62,862 nucleotides of DNA from Gammaproteobacteria bacterium. Lineage in GTDB: Bacteria; Pseudomonadota; Gammaproteobacteria; JAADJB01. The notes below the pieces were generated by a model. It did not search any database. It was given only the letters and a program-made list of their open reading frames with translations, and was not told where the DNA came from. The stretch covers positions 1 to 62,862 of the forward strand of contig JAADJB010000018.1 in NCBI GenBank assembly GCA_013151035.1, in the 5' to 3' direction. Shown in pieces: positions 10,740 to 19,639 of the stretch; position 1 is the stretch's first letter; each line of letters opens with the position of its first letter. The position numbers and the translations under genes are program-made.

Positions 10740-11674
10740 ATACTGTTATTGAGTTAAAAAAAGCAGGCAAGCGTTATGGGGAATTTGATGCACTCCATGA
10801 TGTTTCTATTGCTATTCATCCGGGTGAGGTGGTTGGTTTGCTGGGTCACAACGGGGCTGGGAAAACGACCACAATGAAGTTGATACTGGGTTTGATCGAG
10901 CCGTCGGCAGGTAGTATCTCCGTGTTTGGTGAGGTTCCATCCTTGCGTCATGTCAATAGTCATCAGTATGAGATTGGTTTTTTACCTGAGAATGTCAGTT
11001 TTTATCAGCACCTGACGGGCAAGGAGGTGCTGCAATATTTCGCTCGTCTGAAGGGCGTGGCTGAAAAAGAGGTATTCAAACTACTGGATCGGGTGGGACT
11101 GGGTTTTGCAATCAAGCGTAAGGTCAAGAACTACTCCAAGGGTATGCGTCAGCGTCTTGGGCTAGCACAGGCATTATTGGGTAATCCACGCCTGTTGATC
11201 CTGGATGAGCCGACAGCGGGGCTTGATCCTGAGGCAACCCGTGAGTTTTATTGTCTGCTGGATGAATTGAGTGAACAAGGGGTGACTATTTTAATTTCAT
11301 CACATGTATTACCCGGTATTGAAGGCCATATTGATCAGGCCATCATACTGTCCAGTGGGCAGTTGGTGACCTGTGGTAATCTCGATGACCTGAGAAAGGA
11401 GGCGGCGCTACCGATTGTCATTAGGGCATACGGTGATTGGGATCAGTCCTGTTGGGATCATAAAATGGATGCATTTGAGACAAGGCTTGAACATATTAAT
11501 ACTCAACAGATTGAGTGTGTTGGTCCGGAAAGTGAAAAGCTGGCAATACTGAGATTGTTGATGGAGAATCCAGGGGTTAATGATATTCAGATGTTAAATC
11601 CTGGTCTTGAGAGCCTTTATGAATACTTTAATCAGGATGTAGCAGACAGGGGGCAGACATGTCTCCGATCTTGA
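10736..11674 (+). CDS. nosF: NosF, ABC transporter ATP-binding protein
   Basis: Walker A GHNGAGKTT, ABC signature YSKGMRQRLGLA, Walker B LLILDEPT. Start overlaps the nosD stop (ATGA). Confidence 0.9.
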   Translation: MNTVIELKKAGKRYGEFDALHDVSIAIHPGEVVGLLGHNGAGKTTTMKLILGLIEPSAGSISVFGEVPSLRHVNSHQYEIGFLPENVSFYQHLTGKEVLQYFARLKGVAEKEVFKLLDRVGLGFAIKRKVKNYSKGMRQRLGLAQALLGNPRLLILDEPTAGLDPEATREFYCLLDELSEQGVTILISSHVLPGIEGHIDQAIILSSGQLVTCGNLDDLRKEAALPIVIRAYGDWDQSCWDHKMDAFETRLEHINTQQIECVGPESEKLAILRLLMENPGVNDIQMLNPGLESLYEYFNQDVADRGQTCLRS

Positions 11675-12489
11675 TTGTTGCGGGTAAGGAATTTACCGAT
11701 GGCCTGCGTAATCGCTGGGTATTTGCTATTACTATTGTATTTGCTGTGCTGGCACTGGGTATCTCTTATTTTGGTTCGGCAGCCTCGGGTCTGGTAGGTT
11801 TTTCATCCCTGGCTACTTTGATCGTTAGTCTTGCCAGTCTGGCGATCTTTCTGATCCCCCTGATTGCGTTGTTGCTGGCATACGATTGTATTGTGGGTGA
11901 GAATGAACAGGGTACCTTGTTATTATTGATGACCTATCCAGTCACCGCAGCTGAATTATTACTGGGCAAGTTTATTGGTTTCGCCAGTATTCTGGCGGTT
12001 TCAACGGTATTGGGTTTTGGTGGATCAGGACTTGTTATTGCCATGTTATCTGATCAGGTTAGTGATGCGAGCCTATGGAATGCATTTGGCTTCTTTATCC
12101 TTTCGGCGACACTTCTGGGTTGGGTGTTTATTGCTCTGGCTCAATTACTCAGTGTGATGGTATCGGAGAAGTCACGGGCAGCGGGTCTTGCCTTGGTGCT
12201 CTGGTTCTGGTTTGTCCTGATATTTGATATGGTGTTACTGGGTTTATTGGTAATGGAATCCGGTAGTGGTGATGGTGAATGGTTATCCTATCTATTGTTA
12301 TTGAATCCGGCTGATATCTTTCGAATCGCTAATCTTGCCAGTTTTGAAGCCGTTCGTGAGTATACAGGTCTGGCTGTTATTGCGACCGGGCCTTTGTTTA
12401 ATCCTGCTGTATTGCTCGGCATACTGGTGGCATGGATCTGTCTGCCATTAGGACTGGCAATCACCATTTTTCAACGTAAGTCTATTTGA
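11659..12489 (+). CDS. nosY: NosY, ABC-2 family permease
   Basis: Six predicted TM helices. The gene is translationally coupled to nosF. Confidence 0.85.
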   Translation: MSPILIVAGKEFTDGLRNRWVFAITIVFAVLALGISYFGSAASGLVGFSSLATLIVSLASLAIFLIPLIALLLAYDCIVGENEQGTLLLLMTYPVTAAELLLGKFIGFASILAVSTVLGFGGSGLVIAMLSDQVSDASLWNAFGFFILSATLLGWVFIALAQLLSVMVSEKSRAAGLALVLWFWFVLIFDMVLLGLLVMESGSGDGEWLSYLLLLNPADIFRIANLASFEAVREYTGLAVIATGPLFNPAVLLGILVAWICLPLGLAITIFQRKSI

Positions 12490-12509
12490 GATTGTGCAGG
12501 GTTCATGAG

Positions 12510-13055
12510 ATGTTCAGGATAAATAGTTACATGTATTTTCGATTCTTGTGGTTTATGATTTTTTTGACAATTGCCGGCTGTGAAAATACTGAGGTAAAAG
12601 ATCAGTCACGGGGGGCAGGTATCTTCCATGACTCGGATGAGTGTCATGTCTGTGGTATGGTTATTGCCCGTTTTTCAGGGCCCAAGGCGATGGTCTATCT
12701 CAGGAAGCAGCCGGAGGCAATTCGCTTTTGTTCAACCCATGAATTATTTATCTGGTTATTGCAACCTGAATCTGCCGCTATTGTTGAAACGATTTATGTG
12801 CATGATATGGGTGGTGAAGGATGGGATGACCCTGATCACCCGGTGATGCTGGAGGCAAGAAATGCCTGGTATGTACTGGATGAAAAGAAGAGGGTTGCGA
12901 TGGGTGTGATGTTGGCCCCATTCTCCCGTGAAGAGGCAGCGCTACGTTATATCAAGGAGAATGGTGGGCGACTGCTCCGTTTTGACGAGATTGATTTGCT
13001 ATTGCTGCAATCAATAATGCCATCGCCCGTTGACTATAGTGAGCCCCAGTCCTGA
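12510..13055 (+). CDS. nosL: NosL, copper-chaperone lipoprotein
   Basis: Lipobox LTIAGC and position after nosY. The start is ambiguous among 12486 (TTG), 12510 and 12531. Confidence 0.75.
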   Translation: MFRINSYMYFRFLWFMIFLTIAGCENTEVKDQSRGAGIFHDSDECHVCGMVIARFSGPKAMVYLRKQPEAIRFCSTHELFIWLLQPESAAIVETIYVHDMGGEGWDDPDHPVMLEARNAWYVLDEKKRVAMGVMLAPFSREEAALRYIKENGGRLLRFDEIDLLLLQSIMPSPVDYSEPQS

Positions 13056-13723
13056 TGACGTCTGCGCCACTGGAAGCGGGGCAGGATTAGACCGGCAATA
13101 ATACCCAGTAATAATACCCCGGCACCGATCATAAACCAGTCTCTATCGGTGCGATCTTTGAGTGCGCTATATTCCTGTTGCAGAGTTTGTTGCTCGCGTT
13201 CAATCTTCATCAGGCGAGCCTTCAATGTTTTATTCTCATTATTGATAGCCAGTGCGCTGGATGCGGTTTTATGAATCTCTTCCAGTTGTTTGGACAGGCT
13301 ACGGTTGTTGATTAACAGTTTCTTGCTGGATTGTTCAAGGTTCTTCAGATGATCCTCGCCTTCCTGTTGTTGTTTTGCCAGTTTCTTTTTTTCATGTGAA
13401 AGCTGACCTTGTTGTTTTTTGATCTGTTCCAGCTGCGTGCGGGCAGCGGGTGTGCGCATCAGGTAACGGTTTAATACCCAGCCTTCGGTGCCACGTTTAG
13501 TTCGCATCAGACTGTAGCCAGAGCTCTTGTCCTGTTCGATAAGCTCAAGCGGGGTACCGCTTTTTAACATGCGGATGATCTTGAATTGAGATCCCTGACC
13601 ACTCCGCATAGTGATTTCCAGGCGGTCACTGACATAGCGTTCTTCAGCAAGCAGGGGGGCGCTGTTAAATATAAACAACAGGGTGAGCATCAGGGTGACT
13701 GTCTTGCTAATATTATATTTCAT
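13034..13723 (-). CDS. SH3 domain protein (YgiM/TIGR04211-like): signal peptide, SH3b, coiled-coil, C-terminal TM anchor
   Basis: The N-terminal signal peptide, Q/E/K-rich coiled-coil and C-terminal TM helix plus basic tail (RFQWRRRHQDW) match the YgiM-like layout. Confidence 0.65.
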   Translation of the reverse strand: MKYNISKTVTLMLTLLFIFNSAPLLAEERYVSDRLEITMRSGQGSQFKIIRMLKSGTPLELIEQDKSSGYSLMRTKRGTEGWVLNRYLMRTPAARTQLEQIKKQQGQLSHEKKKLAKQQQEGEDHLKNLEQSSKKLLINNRSLSKQLEEIHKTASSALAINNENKTLKARLMKIEREQQTLQQEYSALKDRTDRDWFMIGAGVLLLGIIAGLILPRFQWRRRHQDWGSL

Positions 13724-13797
13724 GGTGATAGGCTTTCAGTGATAAGGATTCTATGGTATTAATCATAAAGCAATCTATCTTCATGTGAAATTAAAAG

Positions 13798-14340
13798 ATG
13801 AAACTTAATACAGAAACAGGGCTACTTGAGTCAGTATTACAACATCGCTCGCCTAATCAGGATGAGCGTCCTCAAGGCGAAGTGATTAGTCTGCTGGTTA
13901 TTCATGGGATTAGTTTGCCACCCGGGCAATATGGAGGGGGCTGGATTGATGATCTATTTATGAATCAGCTAGATAGCTCTGCGCATCCCTATTTTTCTCA
14001 GCTAGAGGGACTTAAGGTTTCTACTCATGTATTGATCAGGCGTGATGGCGAGGTTATTCAATATGTGCCCTTTGTGGCGCGGGCATGGCATGCTGGAGTA
14101 TCGGCATTTCAAGGACGACAACATTGTAATGACTACTCCATCGGGATTGAGTTGGAGGGGCAGGATGATGAGCCCTATACGGATATACAGTATCAACAAC
14201 TCATCGAATTAAAGGATTTTTTGATGGGGCATTACCCGGCGATTCATTCTGAGCGGGTGGTGGGGCACAGTGATATTGCTCCGGGCAGGAAGAGTGATCC
14301 GGGTTCTGCCTTTGAATGGGCTCGATTAGAGCTTTTTTAG
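13798..14340 (+). CDS. ampD: 1,6-anhydro-N-acetylmuramyl-L-alanine amidase AmpD
   Basis: N-terminus ..SPNQDERP.. and amidase_2 motifs (HGISLP, AWHAG, GIELEG) are typical of AmpD. Confidence 0.9.
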   Translation: MKLNTETGLLESVLQHRSPNQDERPQGEVISLLVIHGISLPPGQYGGGWIDDLFMNQLDSSAHPYFSQLEGLKVSTHVLIRRDGEVIQYVPFVARAWHAGVSAFQGRQHCNDYSIGIELEGQDDEPYTDIQYQQLIELKDFLMGHYPAIHSERVVGHSDIAPGRKSDPGSAFEWARLELF

Positions 14341-14384
14341 GCTGAAATTGGTACAATCAGGCAGTTTTACCAACAAATCATTGG

Positions 14385-15266
14385 ATGTTTATGGCTTTAC
14401 TAACGATTATTATCGCGCTATTTATGGATCGAGTATGGGGTGGTGCGCGTCAATGGCGGGAATATCAATTACCGTTCAACCTGATAACCGAGATGTCGTG
14501 GGTGCAGTCTTTGGTTCAACGCGAGGCCGCCTTTGCCGTGGTCTTTGCTTTGTTACCGCTGTTATTGGTTGTGGCACTGTTGCAGGTTTGGTTGGATAGT
14601 TTTCTGTGGGATATTCCTGGTCTGGTATTTTCGATCTTTATTGTTCTTTATTGTATTGGCATTAATGATCTTACCGAGCTTGCTAATCAGTATCGTGATG
14701 CGATGCAGCAAGGGGATGATGACTCGGCCTACCGCGTTGCTGGTGATTTTCTGGGGGTTGATGCACCGGAAGACCTTGAAGAACGAGGTCATGTGCTGGT
14801 ATTTGCGGTGTTGGTAAAGGCGAATGTGGCAATCTTTTCGGTACTGTTCTGGTTTTTGTTGCTGGGTCCTTTGGGGGCGGTATTGGTGCGTTCTGTCCTC
14901 ATGTTAAGGCAGCAGAATCTCTGGAGTGATAATGATGCAGTGGCCACGGCCTTATATCGAATGCAGTCAATTCTGAACTGGATTCCTGCCCGTCTGTTGG
15001 CTTTTTCTTATGCCCTGTCGGGTAATTTTGATCTTGCCTTCAAGGCATGGAAGGCTGGAGGCGATCATTACACCCGCAATCTGGGTGATCTATCCGAGGA
15101 GTTATTGATTGATATCGGGGGTGGGGCATTGAGCCTTGATCCTGAAAAGACCCCCGATAGTGAATGGTCGGATCTATTGCAATCAGCGATTGATCTGGTC
15201 TGGCGTAGTCTGTTTCTATGGATTGTGGTCTTGTCGCTGGTCACGATTACGGGATGGGTGGATTAA
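14385..15266 (+). CDS. ampE: AmpE membrane protein
   Basis: Polytopic membrane protein directly downstream of ampD; MFMALLTIIIALFMDRVWG is an AmpE-like start. Confidence 0.8.
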   Translation: MFMALLTIIIALFMDRVWGGARQWREYQLPFNLITEMSWVQSLVQREAAFAVVFALLPLLLVVALLQVWLDSFLWDIPGLVFSIFIVLYCIGINDLTELANQYRDAMQQGDDDSAYRVAGDFLGVDAPEDLEERGHVLVFAVLVKANVAIFSVLFWFLLLGPLGAVLVRSVLMLRQQNLWSDNDAVATALYRMQSILNWIPARLLAFSYALSGNFDLAFKAWKAGGDHYTRNLGDLSEELLIDIGGGALSLDPEKTPDSEWSDLLQSAIDLVWRSLFLWIVVLSLVTITGWVD

Positions 15267-15288
15267 CCAATGGACAGGCAGGTGCGTT

Positions 15289-15729
15289 GTGAGTGATATT
15301 CAAATAGAAGGTTTCAGGTTGGCATTTAAAGGTAGTTTTCTGGCGATGCGTAGCTGGGATCATCTGGATGATCTATGGTCGGTAATACGTTTGCATGCCG
15401 AGGATGACTGGTATATCTATGCGGTTGGTGAACAACCGCCGGCTGAGGTCTCTAACCCTGAACAGTTGCATATCTTTATTGATGAGGTTGATATTATTCT
15501 GCGGCGTGATCATGGTGAGGAATATTGCGGTATTGTTTATGTTGATGACCCCTTGCAACCGACCTTTGTGAAAATATTTGATCCGAATAATCTTGGGGTG
15601 TCTTGCGGCTTTAGTGATAATCCACCGCTGCCCGGCTGGGTGATGTCAAAGCTTATGCCGGTTGATTTACATGCGGCAGTCGCTTTGCCAGGCAACCGCA
15701 GGCGTTGGTGGAATCGTTTATTTGGCTAG
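15289..15729 (+). CDS. hypothetical protein (start likely GTG 15289; the listed longer ORF overlaps ampE)
   Basis: ORF with coding-like composition and no recognised motif. Confidence 0.45.
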   Translation: MSDIQIEGFRLAFKGSFLAMRSWDHLDDLWSVIRLHAEDDWYIYAVGEQPPAEVSNPEQLHIFIDEVDIILRRDHGEEYCGIVYVDDPLQPTFVKIFDPNNLGVSCGFSDNPPLPGWVMSKLMPVDLHAAVALPGNRRRWWNRLFG

Positions 15730-16852
15730 CCTGGAACTCAGAATACATCATTCGCTGGATGAGATAGATGCTAGTGCCTGGAATGCTATGGTTCGGGATA
15801 ATAACCCCTTTATCCGTCATGAATTTCTTGCTGCGCTGGAGCATCATGGTTGTGTGGGTGAGGAATATGGCTGGATGCCTTGTCATGTCGCGGCTTATGA
15901 TTCAGGTCGACTGGTTGGCGCGATGCCACTGTATAAAAAGTCGAATTCCTATGGTGAGTTTGTTTTTGATGAGGCCTGGGCGGATGCCTGGCGGCAACAG
16001 GAGATGGATTATTTTCCGAAGCTGGTTAGCGCGATTCCGTATACACCGGCAACAGGACAGCGTTTGTTATCGCTTGCCGGAGAAGAAGATTGTGTTTATC
16101 TCGCCCTGCTGCAAACAGCCCAGCAGCATGCTAATGAGATACAGGCGAGTAGTCTGCATTGTCTGTTTCCACCGGTGGGTGAGCATGATTTTCTCTCAAA
16201 ATATATGCATACACGGGAGAGTTGTCAGTTTCACTGGGCGAATAAGGCCTATACTTGTTTTGATGATTTCCTTGCTGCGTTGGTGCCGAAGAAACGAAAG
16301 AATATTCGTCAGGAAAGACGCCGGGTTCGCGATCAGGGCATAAAGATACGTTTGTTGCAGGGTGATGAGGCGAGTGCCCAGGACTGGCAGGATTTTGCCT
16401 TGTTTTATAAAAAGCTATTTGATGAGAAGTGGGGAACGCCTACTTTAAATGAAGGTTTTTTTATTGAGGTGGCTCGTTTGATGCCGCAACAGACGATCCT
16501 GGTCATGGCTGATCTTGATGGTCAATGTGTGGCGGGTGCTTTGATGTATCGCAGTGACACAACTTTATATGGCAGGCATTGGGGTTGTATCGAACAGTTG
16601 GATGCCTTGCACTTTGAAGCCTGTTATTATCAGGGGATTGAGTATTGTATTAAGCAGGGGCTGCAGTCTTTTGAACCGGGTGCGGGTGGTGAGCACAAGA
16701 TGGCGCGGGGGTTTGTGCCGGTGATTACGCACTCGAACCATTGGTTGTTAAATAAGTATTTTGATGCGGCGATTAAACAGTTTGTGCAGCGGGAACGGGA
16801 GGGGGTGCGTGCTTATGTGTTGGAGCAAGAGGCACGGTCGCCTTATCGGTAG
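15671..16852 (+). CDS. GNAT-family N-acetyltransferase, FemAB-like (COG3146/DUF482 family)
   Basis: Family-typical N-terminus ..SLDEIDASAWNAM..NPFIRHEFLAALE.. and central ..MPLYKKSNSYGEFVFD... The start is ambiguous between 15671 and 15722. Confidence 0.75.
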   Translation: MRQSLCQATAGVGGIVYLASLELRIHHSLDEIDASAWNAMVRDNNPFIRHEFLAALEHHGCVGEEYGWMPCHVAAYDSGRLVGAMPLYKKSNSYGEFVFDEAWADAWRQQEMDYFPKLVSAIPYTPATGQRLLSLAGEEDCVYLALLQTAQQHANEIQASSLHCLFPPVGEHDFLSKYMHTRESCQFHWANKAYTCFDDFLAALVPKKRKNIRQERRRVRDQGIKIRLLQGDEASAQDWQDFALFYKKLFDEKWGTPTLNEGFFIEVARLMPQQTILVMADLDGQCVAGALMYRSDTTLYGRHWGCIEQLDALHFEACYYQGIEYCIKQGLQSFEPGAGGEHKMARGFVPVITHSNHWLLNKYFDAAIKQFVQREREGVRAYVLEQEARSPYR

Positions 16853-16869
16853 GGTGCGTACCACGCACC
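16852..16869. repeat. short REP-like palindrome GGGTGCGTACCACGCACC, copy 1 of 4
   Basis: Perfect palindrome. Recurs at 17097, 17875 and 19595. Confidence 0.8.
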
Positions 16870-16912
16870 AGCAAGAGGCTGTAATAATATGATATTCATC
16901 GAAAAAAATATG

Positions 16913-17056
16913 TCTGGTAAGTTCGAGACAGGGATTGCTCCTTTCTATCAGAGACACGCCGTGAAACCATCCATGGTGGCTCCATGCCCGCGTCCATGCG
17001 GGCAAGGGTCTCTGATAGAAAGGAGCAATTCCTGTCTCTTGAGTTAATGGGGCAGA
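16913..17056. repeat. nested-palindrome MITE-like element, copy A
   Basis: Outer arms ggtaagttcgagac / gtctcttgagttaa, 31-bp inner inverted repeats (gagacagggattgctcctttctatcagagac / gtctctgatagaaaggagcaattcctgtctc), and a conserved core ..gtgaaaccatcc.tggtggctccatgcccgcgtccatgcgggcaaggg. Confidence 0.8.
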
Positions 17057-17096
17057 GGTAACGCCGGATTCCCGCCTACGCGGAATGACAAGGGTA

Positions 17097-17114
17097 GGGT
17101 GCGTACCACGCACC
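17097..17114. repeat. short REP-like palindrome GGGTGCGTACCACGCACC, copy 2
   Basis: Identical to 16852-16869. Confidence 0.8.
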
Positions 17115-17134
17115 ATGAATAGTTGAGTATGAAT

Positions 17135-17740
17135 ATGAAGCCTTATGCTGAGTCTTGCGAGCAGAATAAAGATGTCATTATTGACGTTATTCGCCCTTTG
17201 TTGGCGGATGTTGGTGTAGTGCTTGAAATCGGCAGTGGTACGGGTCAGCATGCGGTGTTTTTTGCTGAGCAGATGCCGCATCTGGTGTGGCACACCAGTG
17301 ATCGGGATGATAATCATGCGGGTATTCGGCAGTGGGTTGATGCGTCTGGTTTAGCGAATGTTCGGCAAGCATTGAATCTGGATGTGGATCAGGTGGATTG
17401 GCCTGTGCTGGATTGTGATGTGGTGTTTTCGGCGAATGCGGTGCATATTATGGGCTGGTCATCGGTGGTTAATCTGTTTTCGGGTGTGGGTCGTCTTTTG
17501 TCTGCGGGTGGTTTATTGATCTTGTATGGACCCTTTAATTATCAGGGTGAGTACACCAGTGAGAGTAATCGTAGTTTTGATGTCTGGTTAAAGCAACGGG
17601 ATTCTGTGAGTGGGATTCGTGACTTTGAGGCGTTGGATCAATTAGCTAATGAACAGGGGATGTCTTTGTGTGGGGATTATGAGATGCCGGCTAATAATCG
17701 GGTACTTTGTTGGGAAATGGGAGATATACATCCGCGATAG
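17135..17740 (+). CDS. class-I SAM-dependent methyltransferase-like protein (DUF938 family)
   Basis: VLEIGSGTGQHAVFFA glycine-rich motif and a length of about 200 aa. The gene is bracketed by MITE/REP copies. Confidence 0.7.
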   Translation: MKPYAESCEQNKDVIIDVIRPLLADVGVVLEIGSGTGQHAVFFAEQMPHLVWHTSDRDDNHAGIRQWVDASGLANVRQALNLDVDQVDWPVLDCDVVFSANAVHIMGWSSVVNLFSGVGRLLSAGGLLILYGPFNYQGEYTSESNRSFDVWLKQRDSVSGIRDFEALDQLANEQGMSLCGDYEMPANNRVLCWEMGDIHPR

Positions 17741-17845
17741 GTGGGTCGCTCCTTTTTATCATAGACGCGCCGTGAAACCATCCCTGGTGGCTCCATGCCC
17801 GCGTCCATGCGGGCAAGGGTCTATGATAAAGAGGAACGACCCACC
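17739..17845. repeat. nested-palindrome MITE-like element, copy B (lacks the outer arms)
   Basis: Inverted repeat ggtgggtcgctcctttttatcatagac / gtctatgataaagaggaacgacccacc around the same conserved core as copy A. Confidence 0.8.
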
Positions 17846-17874
17846 TATCTCTAGCGGTTATAGTTTTTGAGGTG

Positions 17875-17892
17875 GGGTGCGTACCACGCACC
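17875..17892. repeat. short REP-like palindrome, copy 3
   Basis: GGGTGCGTACCACGCACC. Confidence 0.8.
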
Positions 17893-17908
17893 AATAGAGG
17901 TATGAATA

Positions 17909-18304
17909 ATGAATATAGTTATGATTGATAGTGCGCAGTTGGTGGGTGAGGCTGATTTTCCGGGGGTAAATCTGCCGAAGTTTAGCTGGTTACAATTTCT
18001 CTCGCTGGATGAAGAGGAGATTGAGGATCGTTGCTGGCGTTCGGATATTGTTATTAGTGTCAATGCGCCGATTACAGCGCAATTTATCAAGGAGACCTAT
18101 AAGCTACAATTGATTGTTGCGGCGGGGGATAGTACGAACCATATTGATAAGGTTGCGGCTAAAGAGCGTGGTGTGATTATTTGTAATGTGCCTGGCTTAA
18201 CGGGTGATGAGGCTACAAATACGCAGAAGATATGTGTGCAGGTGGTAGATAATATCAATGCCTGGTTGGAGCAAAAGGCTGTTAATGTAGTTAGCGCAGG
18301 CTGA
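17909..18304 (+). pseudogene. D-2-hydroxyacid dehydrogenase remnant: catalytic-domain N- and C-terminal segments joined in frame, NAD-binding domain missing
   Basis: 131 aa. ..IVAAGDSTNHIDKVAAKERGVIICNVPG.. matches the catalytic domain. It continues straight into a C-terminal-like segment (..NINAWLEQKAVNVV) with no GxGxxG Rossmann domain in between. Confidence 0.45.
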
Positions 18305-18944
18305 TAATCGGCCAGCCTTGTTGGTTGGCATATTCTCTTAGTATGTCATCGGGATCAACCGCTACGGGATGGCTGACTAGCTTTAATAGTGGCAGGTCGT
18401 TGTGGGAGTCGCTGTAGAAGAAACTGTCATCTAGTGTGACATCGTGTTCTGCCAGCCAGCGTTCCAGGCGTTCGACCTTACCTTGTTGAAAACAGGGGGT
18501 ATCGGTTGACTGGCCGGTATATTCTCCATCGCGTATTTCGACCTCGGTTGCCAGCAGGTGCTCTACCCCGAATATCTCGGCAATGGGGCCGGTTATAAAA
18601 CGATTGGTTGCGGTGATAATAAGGGGAGTATCCCCTTTGTTCGTGTGTGTTTTTAATAAATCGCGCGCGCCAGGCAGTATGATTGGATCAATCTTTTCAT
18701 GCAGAAATTGTTCGCGCCAGCGATGTAATTGTTCTTTGTTGTGTGTGCCTAGTGGTTTTAACTGGAATGCCAGAAACTCTTTGATATCCAGTTCACCGCG
18801 TTCATATTCGATATAAAATCGTTTGTTTTCTTTTGCAAATTCAATGGGATCAACAATATTCTGTTCAACCAGAAATTGTCCCCAGAGATAATCACTGTCA
18901 CCTGCTAACAGGGTGTTATCCAGATCGAACAGGGCAAGGGGCAT
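18291..18944 (-). CDS. HAD-IB family hydrolase (phosphoserine-phosphatase-like)
   Basis: MPLALFDLDNTLL motif I and the overall HAD-IB layout. Confidence 0.8.
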   Translation of the reverse strand: MPLALFDLDNTLLAGDSDYLWGQFLVEQNIVDPIEFAKENKRFYIEYERGELDIKEFLAFQLKPLGTHNKEQLHRWREQFLHEKIDPIILPGARDLLKTHTNKGDTPLIITATNRFITGPIAEIFGVEHLLATEVEIRDGEYTGQSTDTPCFQQGKVERLERWLAEHDVTLDDSFFYSDSHNDLPLLKLVSHPVAVDPDDILREYANQQGWPIISLR

Positions 18945-19106
18945 GGCGATTCTTCTTCAATATAACAGGGTTCAAAATGGGCATCCTACCTTGTTATGAC
19001 GCATTCGTGAACTGGAAAAGTGTAGATAAGGATAAATAGACTAGCGTTTTCGCCACCGCCTTGTATTATTAAGGTATTAGATGCACGAATTAGTGGGAAG
19101 GTTGTT

Positions 19107-19580
19107 GTGATTGATGAGGAAGGATACAGACCGAATGTAGGTATCATCCTGAGTAACGCAGAAGGTCGTGTGTTGTGGGCAAGAAGGATTGGTCAGGATG
19201 CCTGGCAGTTTCCTCAAGGTGGGATCAAGCAGGGCGAGAGTGCGGAGCAGGCGCTGTATCGAGAGCTTTTTGAAGAAGTGGGTCTGCGCCCGAAGCATGT
19301 TGAGATTATTGGATCAACCGATGGTTGGCTGCGTTATCGACTGCCGGAGCGTTATATTCGCTGGAATAGCCAGCCACTCTGTATTGGGCAGAAACAGGTC
19401 TGGTTTATGCTACGTCTAACGGGTGAGGAACAGGATATCTGTTTGACTCATGCCGATACCCCTGAGTTTGATCACTGGCGTTGGGTGGATTACTGGTACC
19501 CACTGGATGAGGTGGTCTCGTTCAAACGTGATGTCTATAAGGATGCGCTAAAGGCTCTGGAGCACCTGATTTTTGGTTGA
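19107..19580 (+). CDS. rppH: RNA pyrophosphohydrolase (Nudix)
   Basis: GTG start. (M)[14 protein letters not shown].. and the Nudix box [23 protein letters not shown]. Confidence 0.9.
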   Translation: MIDEEGYRPNVGIILSNAEGRVLWARRIGQDAWQFPQGGIKQGESAEQALYRELFEEVGLRPKHVEIIGSTDGWLRYRLPERYIRWNSQPLCIGQKQVWFMLRLTGEEQDICLTHADTPEFDHWRWVDYWYPLDEVVSFKRDVYKDALKALEHLIFG

Positions 19581-19594
19581 TTGTATATTGGGTA

Positions 19595-19612
19595 GGGTGC
19601 GTATTACGCACC
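19595..19612. repeat. short REP-like palindrome, copy 4 (variant GGGTGCGTATTACGCACC)
   Basis: Palindrome in the convergent rppH/PepSY intergenic region. Confidence 0.7.
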
Positions 19613-19639
19613 ATCACAAGGTCTGGATTTAATGGGAAG

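Noticed and set aside
12486-13055. Absence of nosX/apbE next to nosL as a possible anomaly
   Set aside because: Accessory flavinylation genes are often encoded elsewhere, so nothing can be concluded from a 63-kb window.
16748-17317. 189-aa minus-strand ORF
   Set aside because: It runs straight through the REP/MITE repeats and overlaps the end of the GNAT gene and the start of the methyltransferase gene. It is a repeat-generated open frame with no coding signal.
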